The notes below the pieces were generated by a model. That model saw nothing but the letters and a program-made list of their open reading frames with translations, was not told the origin of the DNA and searched no databases. This document shows positions 35,911-47,758 of a stretch of DNA of 47,758 bases, piece after piece. The position numbers and the translations under genes were made by a program. The stretch is from Octopus bimaculoides. Taxonomy: Eukaryota. The stretch lies in NCBI RefSeq assembly GCF_001194135.2, contig NC_068997.1:29794201-29841958 (forward strand). The letters run 5' to 3'. Every line of letters begins with the position of its first letter. The first letter of the stretch is position 1.

Positions 35911-36985
35911 ATAGGCAGACATCAACAAGTAAAAACCATATTTACAATATTATATCAGCAAATTTCATCCAAATTCATACAAAAGTGATAACTTAATGGT
36001 TTTTAAACTGAACAGTTTTTCATCGGAATCTCTGGTTTCTAACAGGTTTGGGAAATTTGTAAAGAGAAAGCACTACAAGACTTTAAGAATTAAAACATGC
36101 AGTTTGTATCATAAAAGTAGAAGTAGTCTCAAGTGGTTTGGTTCAAAATTGCAGAGACAGAAGAATCAGATGTAGGACAGAGATCAATGCTAGACAAGTG
36201 GTCAGTCTTTTAATCATTGCATTCTATTAATTTACTTACTTTTTGAGTAAGATGACGAGTTTACTTGATACAATATTTGGTACCAAAATGATGGAACTGG
36301 TACCGGAGGTGGCTTGGTGAACTTATAGTTAATGGTTCTTGTTTAACCCCAACTCTGCTCTGATCAAGTAGACTTCTTTATTGACCAGTCTGACCTTTCT
36401 GTTTTGTTGGTATAATATGTGTGCATGTGACCTTTTTGTTTAGTGCTTCCCCTTTTAAGACTATAGGGTGTGATTTAAGGAGGTTCTGCTGTTTTAGGTT
36501 AAATTACAGCTTTAAAGTATTTAACTACATACATACATTAAGTATATGATATTGATAGCATTTACATTAACAAGCTGCTTCTAACATAAAGTTTGAATGA
36601 ATATATATATATATCTGTGTGAGTTAGAGGTTGGGAAGCCAACCAACTAAGGGATAGTACCTATCCAATATACTGCTGGTAGTGTACCCAATTATTCATA
36701 CCCAAGTGCTGGTTATTGCGTGGCAATCTCGCAGTTGAGTGTTATATAAGAGTGGTTTACCCTTAATTTATATGGCAAATAAGAAAACGGAGAGGATATA
36801 AAAATGACATACATCAGCCAGTAGACATTCTAGTACTAATATTAGTACATGTGTGTGTAATACATAGTTATTACATCTGTATGTATTCTTCTAATACCCC
36901 CTTTTGTTTTGGAATAAACAGACGTAATAGAATGTCTACCAGCTGATATATGTCATTTTTGGATTCTCTCCATTTTCTTATTTGC

Positions 36986-37020
<35 letters not shown>

Positions 37021-37024
<4 letters not shown>

Positions 37025-37310
37025 TGTGGCCCAGTGGTTAGGGTATTGTACTCAGGGTGGCTAGATCATGAGATCGATTCCCAGGCTAGATGGCACATTG
37101 TGTTCTTGAGCAAAACAATGTTTCATGTTGCTCCAGTCCACTCAGCTGCAAATGGGTCCCCCTGTGATGCAACAGCCTTCCAATCAGTGGCGGGAATGTT
37201 GGCTTACTCTCTTAGCCATTTGGGGTGGCATCATTAGAAAGCTAAAACAAAACAAAGCCCATTGTGACCAGTGATGTGTAACACCATCTGAGAGTCTGGT
37301 CGATACTGTG
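37021..37310 (+). mobile_element. tRNA-derived CORE-like SINE (family F)
   Basis: A box TGGCCCAGTGGTTAGG, B-box-like GATCGATTCCC, and TGTGTTCTTGAGCAA..TTGCTCCAGTCCACTCAGCTG..AAATGGGT. Confidence 0.65.
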
Positions 37311-39164
37311 ATATATATACATATACATATTTAATTAGAGGATATGTTAACCTGGTGAAAGGATGGTTGCATCCAAGGAAATACTGGTTCAATACCTGGT
37401 TTTGTTGGGGAATGATATTCCCTTAAAACAAGTATATATTAAACATATAGTTTATATGCATTGAAAAGAAGAAAAGAAAATGGAGATAAGGATGTTAACA
37501 ATTATTTATCATTAACAAATTGGTCATCTTCACTTCTTACAGCCATTTCAATGAATACTCGGTTTAATTACAAATTTGTACATTAAATTTGCATTTATTT
37601 GACATTTGCATAATTTCATCAGAGAATGGGGGAAAAAAAAAGATGTACCTTGGGATGTTAATATGTGGACCTATCAATTGATTTCAGCAGAGTCTGCTGA
37701 AATCTCCTTTTTCTTTTCTTCTTTTAACTGGATATAAACTATATGCTTTATATGTATACATATATGATAAGTATATGATGAGTATATTGATTAATTATTG
37801 TCGTTTTGCCAATATAAAACCCAACTGACTGGATACAACTGCAGGTAGTTTTGAACCTGTGGCCTTAGATTGTCTGCCCTCTTTTAATCTCACTGATGCT
37901 GTTTTGTTTTAAGCAAAATAGTGTAGACTTTCAGATTTTTCTGCTCGACTTCTTTTGTTGTTCTCTGCTGAAATAATTAAAATAATGCTACTCACAGTCT
38001 TTTCCTCATCACATAATTGTTTCTAATTAAGGCTTTTACTAATTCAAGCATTAAATATGTTAATGCTAACTTAACTATTACCTTTTTATGCAGATGGGTT
38101 TCTGAGTAATTCATTCTCTGCACTGTATTTTATATTTACCAGGTAATTTTCTCGTCCTTACTTTGGTTCATACAGAGAAGGTGATGTTTTGTTGAAGAGG
38201 ACTAAGATGAAAACACACCTGGGGTTGTCTCCCTTACTTGCCAAAACCATCAAAATAATATTGATCCCTAACTAATAGTTTTTCTCACACCACGTTATCA
38301 TTTCTAATTGCTTTTCATTGTTTACTGCATTAAATATGCTAACACTAACTTAACTGTTGTCCTTTTTACCTCTTCATGTGGATGGCATCTCAGACTACCC
38401 CCCCCTCCTGAACATTCCATTTTTTCCTGTACCAACCAGTCTATGGTATTCTACATTTATTTAGTGATTCTCCCAATCCCTAATTTGGCAAGTATGTAAT
38501 AATTTATACTTTACTGACAAAGTCTAATAAGACTGAAACATGTTTGGAATTATCTTCCAAAATTACTGTAAATAATGTTAGTCACTAGCTAATACTGTTT
38601 TCTCTTTACTGCATAATTTCTTGTCTATTTTCTTGTCGATGCTCATTGCATATGTTAGCAGTGAATTAATTTCACAGGCTGGCAGCACAATAGTATGGAG
38701 ATAAAAGATTCCTGACTATGGCACATCACCATTCTGGGTTCACACCTTCCTTATGAGTTTCTGTCATTATAAACTTGACTTTTTGCCTGTTCACCTCATA
38801 CATGCACTGTTATGGAGTGTAAAGGCCATATAGCAGTAGCCATTATTACAAAATAGTTGTGAACTGTGAAGTGGTAATGCATTGACAATAGGAATTACAG
38901 TTAGAATAATTGTCTTGCGGTCTTTCTTGCTATTTCATCACAGTATTACTTCTAACAGCTGTAAGATAGAAAAGCATTAATTGTCAATAAGGATTTATAT
39001 TTATTATTAGTTTTCATGCAGTAATGGTTGTACAAACTAGCAGCCGGCCATTGTGCTCTGTGGAAGGATTAATACATTGGTTCAAGAGGAATTCTGTATT
39101 GTGTTGTCGTCGTATATATAACATTGCCACCAAGTGACTAAAAGGGTTCAATTATATCTTTTGT

Positions 39165-39868
39165 CATTGCACTGTGGCCATGCTGGAGCATTGGTTGCAG
39201 AATTTTCAGTCAAATGAATCAACCTTACTGCTTACTTTTATTTTTTTAAAACCTAGTGTTTATTCTGTTGGTTTCTTATGCCAAACCATCAAATTACAGG
39301 GATGTAAACACATCTACACTGGTTGTCAAGCTGTGGTGGGGGACAATCACAGACACAAAGACACACACGCACATATATATATATATATATACACATACAC
39401 ACACATGCACACACACAGACGACAGGCAATCTCTAACTGTTAGAAGAACTTGTGGAAGTGATTTGCTGTGTTTGAGAAGACACATTAAACTAAGTGAAAT
39501 CAGCTGTAGCCAGTGCCCATGACACATAGGAGGCACCAGTGACATGTAAAAGGCACCCATTACACTCTGTAAAGTGGTTGGCATTAGGAAGGACACCTAG
39601 CCATAGAAATGGAGCCAAAGTCAGACTGGAACCTGGTGCAGCTCTCCAGCTTTCCAGTCCCAGTCAAACCATCCGACCCATGCCAGCATGGAAAATGGAA
39701 GCTGAATGATGACAATGAGACTTCTTTCAGTTTCTGTGTACCAAATCCATTCACAAGGCTTTGGTTGGCCTGAGGCTGTAGTAGAAGACACTTGCCCAAG
39801 GTGCCACACAGTGAGACTGAACCTGAAACCATATGTTTGGGAAGCAAACTTCTTACCACACAGCCATG
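39165..39868 (-). mobile_element. SINE family A (tail type 1) split by a family C insertion
   Basis: Tail/body at 39165-39420 and head at 39715-39868; a family C element lies between them on the plus strand. Confidence 0.7.
39440..39712 (+). mobile_element. Family C element nested in a family A SINE
   Basis: GCTGTGTTTGAGAAGAC head, GTAAAAGGCACCC, GGCATTAGGAAGG, CCCATGCCAGCATGGAAAA, (TGA) tail. Confidence 0.7.
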
Positions 39869-40207
39869 TCTGTTCCTATTATTTATCTTGGCTTGTAGTC
39901 AACTGGGACTCCTGGGTCATCTGAGACTCCTGGGTCTCTGTTTCAAGATTGGTTGGGTCGGTTGCTGATACTCATTGCTGACGAATTATACTCAGATCAG
40001 TTACTGTTAAACCTTGTTCAGTTCTGAATCAAAGTAACCCAAGGTTATGTAAATTGTCAGTTGAATGACTAGGTCTGACCTATCCAATTCATCATTCCTT
40101 TGCCAAGCCAAGGGCCATATTGCATATTCTAATGTCATGCAGTTGTTAACTTTATATTGTGGTGGGTTGCAGCTTCTATTTTTTGTGTCCCTTCATTCAT
40201 CATCATC

Positions 40208-40246
<39 letters not shown>

Positions 40247-40349
40247 TAAACTCCATTTTCTATGTTGTCATGGGTTGGAACTTCATTGTCCAGTCTATTC
40301 CTCTATGCAAGTTGTTTAAACTCAAATCATACTTGGCTGAGCAAATTAA

Positions 40350-40569
40350 CCCTTCAACATTTAAACTGGTCGTATCAGGCCAACATATTCCACCTGGTTT
40401 GTGTTCATACTGGCCAGATCTGGCCTCTCATACCTATCCTACAATGTCATTTTAAACATTTACAGTCACATCATTGGAATCTCAAAGCTACGTACAAAAT
40501 AGGATTAAGTGAAAACAATGTGAATAAACAAGCATTACATCTGCCGGGAATAATTTGAGTGCTAAACGG
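40350..40569 (-). mobile_element. piggyBac-type MITE copy
   Basis: TTAA|CCCTTCAACATTT ... GAGTGCTAAACGG. Confidence 0.7.
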
Positions 40570-41564
40570 TTCATGTTATTCCACCCATGACCATCCCACC
40601 TTTTGGCATATTTTGCACAATGTATCCAGTGTTTCTGCATATTTGTTGTTGTTAAGTCCCAGGTTAATCCCACTCAAGCAGATATTATATAATCAGAGAG
40701 GTTTCAACTCTGACTGTCCTAAGTTTCGTATGCAAGGAAAGGAAACAGTCATCTGATATGTCCTTCCCTTTTATGGGTTGAGGGAATTTGGCTCCTATCT
40801 CTTGCAGGTTGAATGACTGCATCGAGGTTCCATTGTTGGTTTGTTAGCAATATAGGTTCTGGTTGTGGATACAGTGGCAGTGGGCCTAGAGGATGTAGTT
40901 GTTGTTGCTTAACCCTAGGTCTGCCTTTGATCAAAACTTCCGATCATGACATTTTTGCCGTTTTCTACCTAAGAACCTTCATTCTTCAGTGTGTCCTGGT
41001 TTGTTTCTTTCTTTTAAAGACAATAGAGTGAGATATGAGAGAGATTTTCTCTTTCTTTCCCTGGTTGAGCAACTGTGTGAAGGCTCTGTGGTTGGCTCAA
41101 GTGGTGATTATTTGTAGAGTTATGTGAACCACACTTGTGACAGTTGTCTCAGCTATTGAAAGCATCATTGACAGCCTTATGAAATCTCTGACCTGACTCC
41201 AGCCGCCCAATAATAGCCTAGAATTCTATCAACATAGAAACCTTTAACTCTCAAAGCATCAGTTATGAAGTATATTTCTTTGTTTTGTTTTTGTGTCTAT
41301 TGCTGTGTTTTTTTTTTTGTGTTATTATTTTTTTTTTTGTTACAAGTTTCTATAACAAAACAATTCTTCAGTTGTCTGGTGTTATACGACTCACATGCAA
41401 TTTGTTCTCTTTGAGTCTGTCTGCCAATTGTCAGTGCATAAAAGGGATTCATTGGTGAGGAGCTGTGCTGCTGGCTTCTCCCTCTTTCTCCACAACCTAC
41501 TTGTATATCTCTTTCTGTCTGTCTGTCTGTCTCTCTCCCTCCTCCCCTCTATCCCCGTCAACAG

Positions 41565-41643
41565 TTGCTATAGAGAAGTAGAAACTGCCAATCATTGTTT
41601 AGAGTTGAGCGTTACTGCTAGAAATCAAGGAAATTTGATATAA
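41565..41643 (+). CDS. Candidate terminal exon (CYREVETANHCLELSVTARNQGNLI*)
   Basis: Long polypyrimidine tract ending CCCCGTCAACAG; the tract is partly microsatellite-derived. Confidence 0.15.
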
Positions 41644-41811
41644 CTATTTTCACCCAGGAATTATATTTCATCTATATAGCATGTCTATTTAGTTTCTAGA
41701 TTTTATTTATTTGTGTGTGTGTATGTATGACTTTTTTTTTTTTCAGTTTTATATAAGTTCTACATTGATCTTGTGTGTATGTGTGTATACACACATGCAT
41801 GTGTGTGTATA

Positions 41812-41846
<35 letters not shown>

Positions 41847-42085
41847 TCAAGTTGATACATTTTTCTATTTACGTCTGGATCTGAATTGTATATTAGATAT
41901 TATTTCTATTTTTTTATTTGTAGATTGTGATGTCAGGTGTTATAGGGCAAAATATAATTTATAAAAATGATTTGCAAATTTTCGATTAAAAAATAACAAA
42001 CAAATTTTATATAAAATGCATTTTTCTTTCTTTAAGAATAAATATTCCTAAGGTTTTTGTAATTTTTGATTTTGTNNNNNNNNNN

Positions 42086-42138
<53 letters not shown>

Positions 42139-42402
42139 TTGTGTAATGTATACATATATATATATATATATATAATACACACACACACACACACACACAC
42201 GTCTGTATTCCATACATGATGTATGTATATATGTTTGCGTGTCTATCACCATTTTTGTCTTGAAAAGTGATGTTGTAAACAGTAGTGAGCAGGTGAAGGA
42301 AGAGGAGGCAATCTGGATGCTATTTTACCAGTTTTAGACCATAGGTAGGAAACCCGATACCACCAACTGCCGTCGTTCATTCATGGTAGCTGCACCTTTC
42401 TT

Positions 42403-42452
<50 letters not shown>

Positions 42453-43382
42453 GCTGCTGCCTCCATCACCATTACTTCTGTATGTGTGTGTGTGTGTGTG
42501 TGTATGTGTGAATACAAACTTGGTCTTACTGCAGGTCTGTCTGTCTGTCTGTCTCTCTCATTCTCTCCTTCGTTTTCTCTCTCTCACTCTCTCTCTCACT
42601 CTCTCCTTCATTCTCTCTCTCTCTCACTCTCTCCTTCATTCTCTCTCTCTCTCACTTCTTCATTCTCTCTCTCTCTCACACCTTCATTTTTTCTCTCTCT
42701 CTCTCTCTCTCTCACTCCTAATACATTCCTTTTACTGGTTGCTTTTTGTTTTTTTTTTAATATGAGAAATATCTATTTTCATATAACTTGGTGAAGGAAG
42801 AAGAAAAAGAAAGAAAGAAAGAAATGCAAATGAAATGAAAGAAGGAAAAGACTAAGAAACAAAATGAAACAGAATATGTCTGAATTATCTATTTAAAAAA
42901 TAAGAAAACAGCAATTTCCAAANNNNNNNNNNNNNNNNNNNNNNNNNNNNNNNNNNNNNNNNNNNNNNNNNNNNNNNNNNNNNNNNNNNNNNNNNNNNNN
43001 NNNNNNNNNNNNNNNNNNNNNNNNNNNNNNNNNNNNNNNNNNNNNNNNNNNNNNNNNNNNNNNNNNNNNNNNNNNNNNNNNNNNNNNNNNNNNNNNNNNN
43101 NNNNNNNNNNNNNNNNNNNNNNNNNNNNNNNNNNNNNNNNNNNNNNNNNNNNNNNNNNNNNNNNNNNNNNNNNNNNNNNNNNNNNNNNNNNNNNNNNNNN
43201 NNNNNNNNNNNNNNNNNNNNNNNNNNNNNNNNNNNNNNNNNNNNNNNNNNNNNNNNNNNNNNNNNNNNNNNNNNNNNNNNNNNNNNNNNNNNNNNNNNNN
43301 NNNNNNNNNNNNNNNNNNNNNNNNNNNNNNNNNNNNNNNNNNNNNNNNNNNNNNNNNNNNNNNNNNNNNNNNNNNNNNNNNN

Positions 43383-43436
<54 letters not shown>

Positions 43437-43859
43437 TCATGAAGAGTTGGTGAGGCTTACAATACTTTGTACAAAACCCCAGGGAGCCAGATATGTTTCA
43501 GAATTCAAGGATTTATTTTTATTTACAATGTATGCACCATATAATACCATAATGGTAATGCTGTCAGGAAGGTTTAGGATAACACCAGTAAACAGACACA
43601 TTAATAGTTCTACAAAAAGAAAAAGGAAAAAAAATGAGAAAGAACAAAAAAAAAAAGAAGCAGTGAATATGTGAATATTCACACTAATTGGGATAAATAT
43701 AATTTCCAAACATTGGCGTTAGACCACAAATTTTGAGGGGAAGGGGTTACTTGATTACATCAGACCTAATTTCTGATTAGTACTTTATTTTATCAATCTT
43801 GGAAGGAGGAAAGGCAAGTTGATTTTGTTGGGATTTGAACTGGGAATGTAAAGGCCATA

Positions 43860-44095
43860 ATTGAATATTGCAGAGCATTGTTACAGGGATATAAACAAAC
43901 CAACACCAGTGGAGGAGTCAGACACACATACAACAAGTTTCCATACAGTTTCTGTCTACCAAATTCACCCTCAAAGCATTGGTTGTCTTGGAGCCCTTCA
44001 GTAGCAGACACTTGCCTAAGGTGTTGTATAGTAGGATTGAACCCAAAACCACATGGTTGCCAAGCAAGCTTCTTAACCACACAGCCATTCCTGCA
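43860..44095 (-). mobile_element. SINE family A copy
   Basis: Reverse complement of head, CORE-like region and body. Confidence 0.7.
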
Positions 44096-44787
44096 CTTGT
44101 AGATAATTCTAATTTCAATGTGAATACTTTAAATCAGAAAGCTTTGTATGTTGGAAGCAGAGATTGTCATCTCAGATGGATTCACATCAAGAGGTTTAAA
44201 TTGCAAATTAAAATTGTATTTAATTTTTCATTTCTTCTGAGAATCAAATAAGTACTTGTGACATACTTGATCGTACACTGATTTATTCAGACTAGTGCCT
44301 TGTTTTAGTTGTTTTTAGATACACTGTTCTGGCCATTGTACTCTCTACCCTTCTCCAGAGGCTTATTGTATTCAGTAACAATCACAGAATTTCGAACCAA
44401 ACCCTTTATTTCTACCACAGTGGTAAAGTTTTATCAACCTGTTGTCCATGTCTGGGATATTCTTGTAATAGTTATTCTCATGTGCTTGTGATACCACTTG
44501 CTTGTTTTTCCTTAATCCATTGTATATTTAGCTTCAGTGACCCAAGAATCAAACACCGAAACCACCAGTTAAACTTCAATAATTTATATGTGTATGTTCG
44601 TAAAGGTATTGTCCCATAGAACAGTTGATGGAAACTAGGAGCTTTAAACCCAGCATGGCCACAACTAACTGAAACCGGTAAACCGGTTTATCTATATATA
44701 TAAAAATAAAAACTGTCATCCAGATTGTAGATGTACATAATTCCTCTTCCAAGACAGGTTATGTGTTTTACAATGTAAATGGATGTG

Positions 44788-44789
<2 letters not shown>

Positions 44790-44823
<34 letters not shown>

Positions 44824-45030
44824 TATTTGATGTTCATTTTCCATGCTGGCATGGGTTGGATGGTTTGGCAGGAGCTGGCAGGCTGCACCAGGTTCCATTT
44901 GTTTGTTCCGGCATGGTTTCTACGACTGGGTGCTCTTCCTAATGCTGACCCCTTGGTGCTTTTTATGTGATGCTAGCATCAGTGCTTTATACGTGGAGCA
45001 TGGGAGCTTTTTTTTTTATGTGGCACCAGC
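44790..45030 (-). mobile_element. Family C element
   Basis: (CAT)n run, then TTTTCCATGCTGGCATGGGTTGGATGG..TTCCTAATGC..GTGGCACCAGC. Confidence 0.7.
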
Positions 45031-45181
45031 TTTTTATGTGCTTTCACTCTATAAAATTTAGTTAAAAAATGTGGGGACACTTTGTTACTTTTGGTTTTGA
45101 CTGGGTTGGAACTATTGAAAAAGGTTTCAGGCACAGAAATAACTCATTGAGCTTTTGGAAACAAAGGTTTTAGCATCTTAA

Positions 45182-45350
45182 CCGTTAGGCATTCAGCCTG
45201 CTGTGTCAAAGGTAATATTTATTCACATTGTTTTGAATTAATCATGCATTACTTGTAGCTTTGAAATTTCCATGATGTGATTGCTAGAATGACATTGCAG
45301 GGTAGGTGTGAGAAGTGAGATCCAGTCAGTTTAAACGTAAAACACGTAGA
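45182..45350 (+). mobile_element. piggyBac-type MITE, partial copy
   Basis: TTAA|CCGTTAGGCATTC plus internal family sequence. Confidence 0.6.
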
Positions 45351-45640
45351 GTGTTGCAGTCCTTCTGTCTGTTGGATCCTGTTGTACAGTCCAATCGATG
45401 CCATTAAATGATGATTGGAAGAGGACTCTTAAATTCTTCGTGTCTCAGGTGACAAAAAAGTTGGTACCTGATATAATAAACCAATGGATTATCTCAGTGG
45501 ATCTCAACCTGGGTCTTATATGACTCTTGGCGATTCACACAAGATTTTGTGGTTAAAATTTACCTGCAAAAGATTGGTTATACTTCTACAAAACACAAAG
45601 TATTTTAATAATTTTAAATAGAATTCCTAACAATATTTAC

Positions 45641-46008
45641 CTATAAAAGTATAATGGGATTTTTAAAAATGCAAAATGGTTATAAGTAAAATAGGAATCT
45701 GGAAGGTCCACATATAAAAAAATGGTTGAAAAGACTGGTTTATTGAAAGCAGGAAACTTGCAGTTAAGAATTGTTCTTCTCCAGAGACATTGATGTTTGC
45801 ATGTATTTGATGTGTGGTAGACAGAGACATACAGCATCCATTTTCTTGTTCCAAACTCCTTACACTGGATTGAAGGATCTTTAAAATGGAGCAACTGCAC
45901 ATTTGGAGAGTGTACAATGTTTTCAGTTCTTTGGGATTCGTAGAAGATGAAATCCAGTGGATGACTTAGGCTCAGTATAGAAACTGATGAGAAGATGCGA
46001 GGATGACA
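45641..46008 (-). CDS. Candidate coding exon of unknown product (122 open codons, phase 0 to 2)
   Basis: Acceptor CTCTCTCTCATTTATACTCAG, donor TAG|GTAAAT, frame open throughout. No recognisable domain; it could be decayed TE or chance. Confidence 0.2.
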
Positions 46009-47189
46009 CTGAGTATAAATGAGAGAGAGAGTGGTGGTGGTGGTGAGGGGAAAGAAATCACATTTGTTAGATATTGTAGAATCAATCAATGAATTCTAAA
46101 TATAGCCAGTTAATAAAAATAAATAAAACAAAAATTTGAAGAGGGAAAAATAAAAAATAAAGAGAAGAATCTCTTTGAAAGACAATTTGCAGAAAATCCA
46201 ATATTTAGCTGTCAGTTGAGATTGAATTTTAACATGTTAAATCCAATTGGGTAATTGATTAGTCTCAGATTGTTGCCTTCTCCCACCCTGCTTCCAATCC
46301 ACCTGTTTCACTTCTTCTTCTATAAATAATTTACTTCCAAACCATTTATTTCCATTTAATTAGATTGTCTAGGCAGATAGCATTAAGTTCAGTTTCAAAA
46401 TTCTCCTGTGTATATAGTAAATGTGTGTATACACACGCACATGCACATCAGTGTGTGTCTATAAACTTGCCTGTGTGTATATGCATAATGATATATGTAT
46501 TTGTATACACCTTCGTATGTGTGTGTTTTAAATTTAGTGTCACTCCTGTTGTGTCTATGTATGTATAAATATACAGCGACAAGCTCTTTATATACCTATG
46601 CATGTGTGTGTATATAAATGTACAGTAATATACTCTCTGCTTGTGTATATATCTGTATGTGTGTGTATTATCATACACTTTGTTTGTATGTTTAATTGAA
46701 ATCATTCTTCTCAGGTTGTTTCTCTCACAAATTGTATTGTAAACAAGATCAAAGGATATTTATTTACCACACGACAAAGTCTCTTTCATCTTATACGCTA
46801 TCTTTATTGATTGTTGTTTTTGTTAGGTAAATGCTTGGTATGCTGAGATAAATCATTCGAGAACTTATTTCTTACGTTGGGGCTCTGTATAGATTCTTCA
46901 AGCTGGATGAAGCTTCTCTTTTTCGCTTTTTAAGCTTGCACTTACTGAGAAATATCAGAATGGCATTTCTAGCATGTCTTGGACAAGATGCCAGGGGAGC
47001 ACTTTTAGCATGCTAAAGTGCGATTCTTAACATATCTTGGATAAGATGCCAGGCTGCCATTTCTTAGACTGTTGACAATTCGATAAGTTTTTATTGTTTA
47101 GACTCATGCCAACTTTTGTTGAGTGGACTTAGGTGTGTGTCTTTATATATATTTAAATATACATATGTATATGTATGTATATTTTTATT

Positions 47190-47722
47190 TTATCTTTTAC
47201 TTGTTTTAAGTTATTAGACTGTGGCCATGCTACGGCACCACCTTGAATGTTTAGCTGAGCGAATCAATGGCAGTACTTTTTTTCTTTTAAACCTGGTATT
47301 TATTCTATCAGTCTTTCTTGCTGAACAGCTAATTTATGGGGATGTAAACACACCGACACCAGTTCTCAAGTCAAAAAATTTAGTTTCTTTTTCATTTTTC
47401 TTTCCCATCTGCTTCAGTTATTCGACTGCAGTTTGTGCCGGAGCAATGGCCTTCAATGGTTTCATCACTCATATTATCTCCCAAGTACTTCTTTACTTTT
47501 CTACTTATTTTTCTTGTGTGTGTGTTGGCTGTGTGGGTAGATGTGTGGCAATTTAAGAAAATTGCAGGCGTGGCTGGGTAGTAAGAAGTTTGCATTCCAA
47601 CCATATCATTCTGGGTTTAGTTCCACTGCATGGTACATTGGGCAAGTGACTTCTACTAAAGCCTTGAGCTGACCAAAGCCTTGTGAGTGGATTTGGCAGA
47701 TGGAAACTGAAAGAAGCCTGTC

Positions 47723-47758
<36 letters not shown>
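47190..47758. mobile_element. Family A SINE fragments at the window end
   Basis: Minus tail at 47190-47355; plus head at 47565-47725 ending in (TA)n. Confidence 0.7.

Noticed and set aside
44525-44700. Possible third hammerhead (CCGAAACC, CTGAAACCGGT)
   Set aside because: No CUGANGA core or matching stems upstream.

Overview
Eukaryotic, AT-rich, repeat-dense genomic DNA with six N-gaps, five of them next to (TA)n/(CA)n microsatellites. The repeat families resemble those of coleoid cephalopods (Octopus); this is an inference from recalled repeat sequences, not a database result. No host gene can be named, and most supplied ORFs are artefacts of microsatellites, N-gaps or repeats. Well-supported content: several modular SINE families; a ~220-bp TTAA-flanked piggyBac-type MITE in about 8 copies; and decayed fragments of an RTE LINE (2111-2311), a mariner transposase (5369-5547) and a HERO-type RLE non-LTR retrotransposon (23280-24235, minus). 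The most striking object is a 611-bp non-coding insertion at 21925-22535. It has an exact 11-bp target-site duplication, a 334-bp monomer with 75-bp direct repeats, a minimal hammerhead ribozyme, and an inverted, circularly permuted segment, consistent with a Penelope/retrozyme-like RNA element copied from a multimeric or circular template. A second, mutated minimal hammerhead lies in the 3' tail of a tRNA-headed SINE (19635-19932). A CpG-retaining domain (~6.7-15.5 kb) contains a candidate bidirectional promoter. All exon candidates are low confidence.
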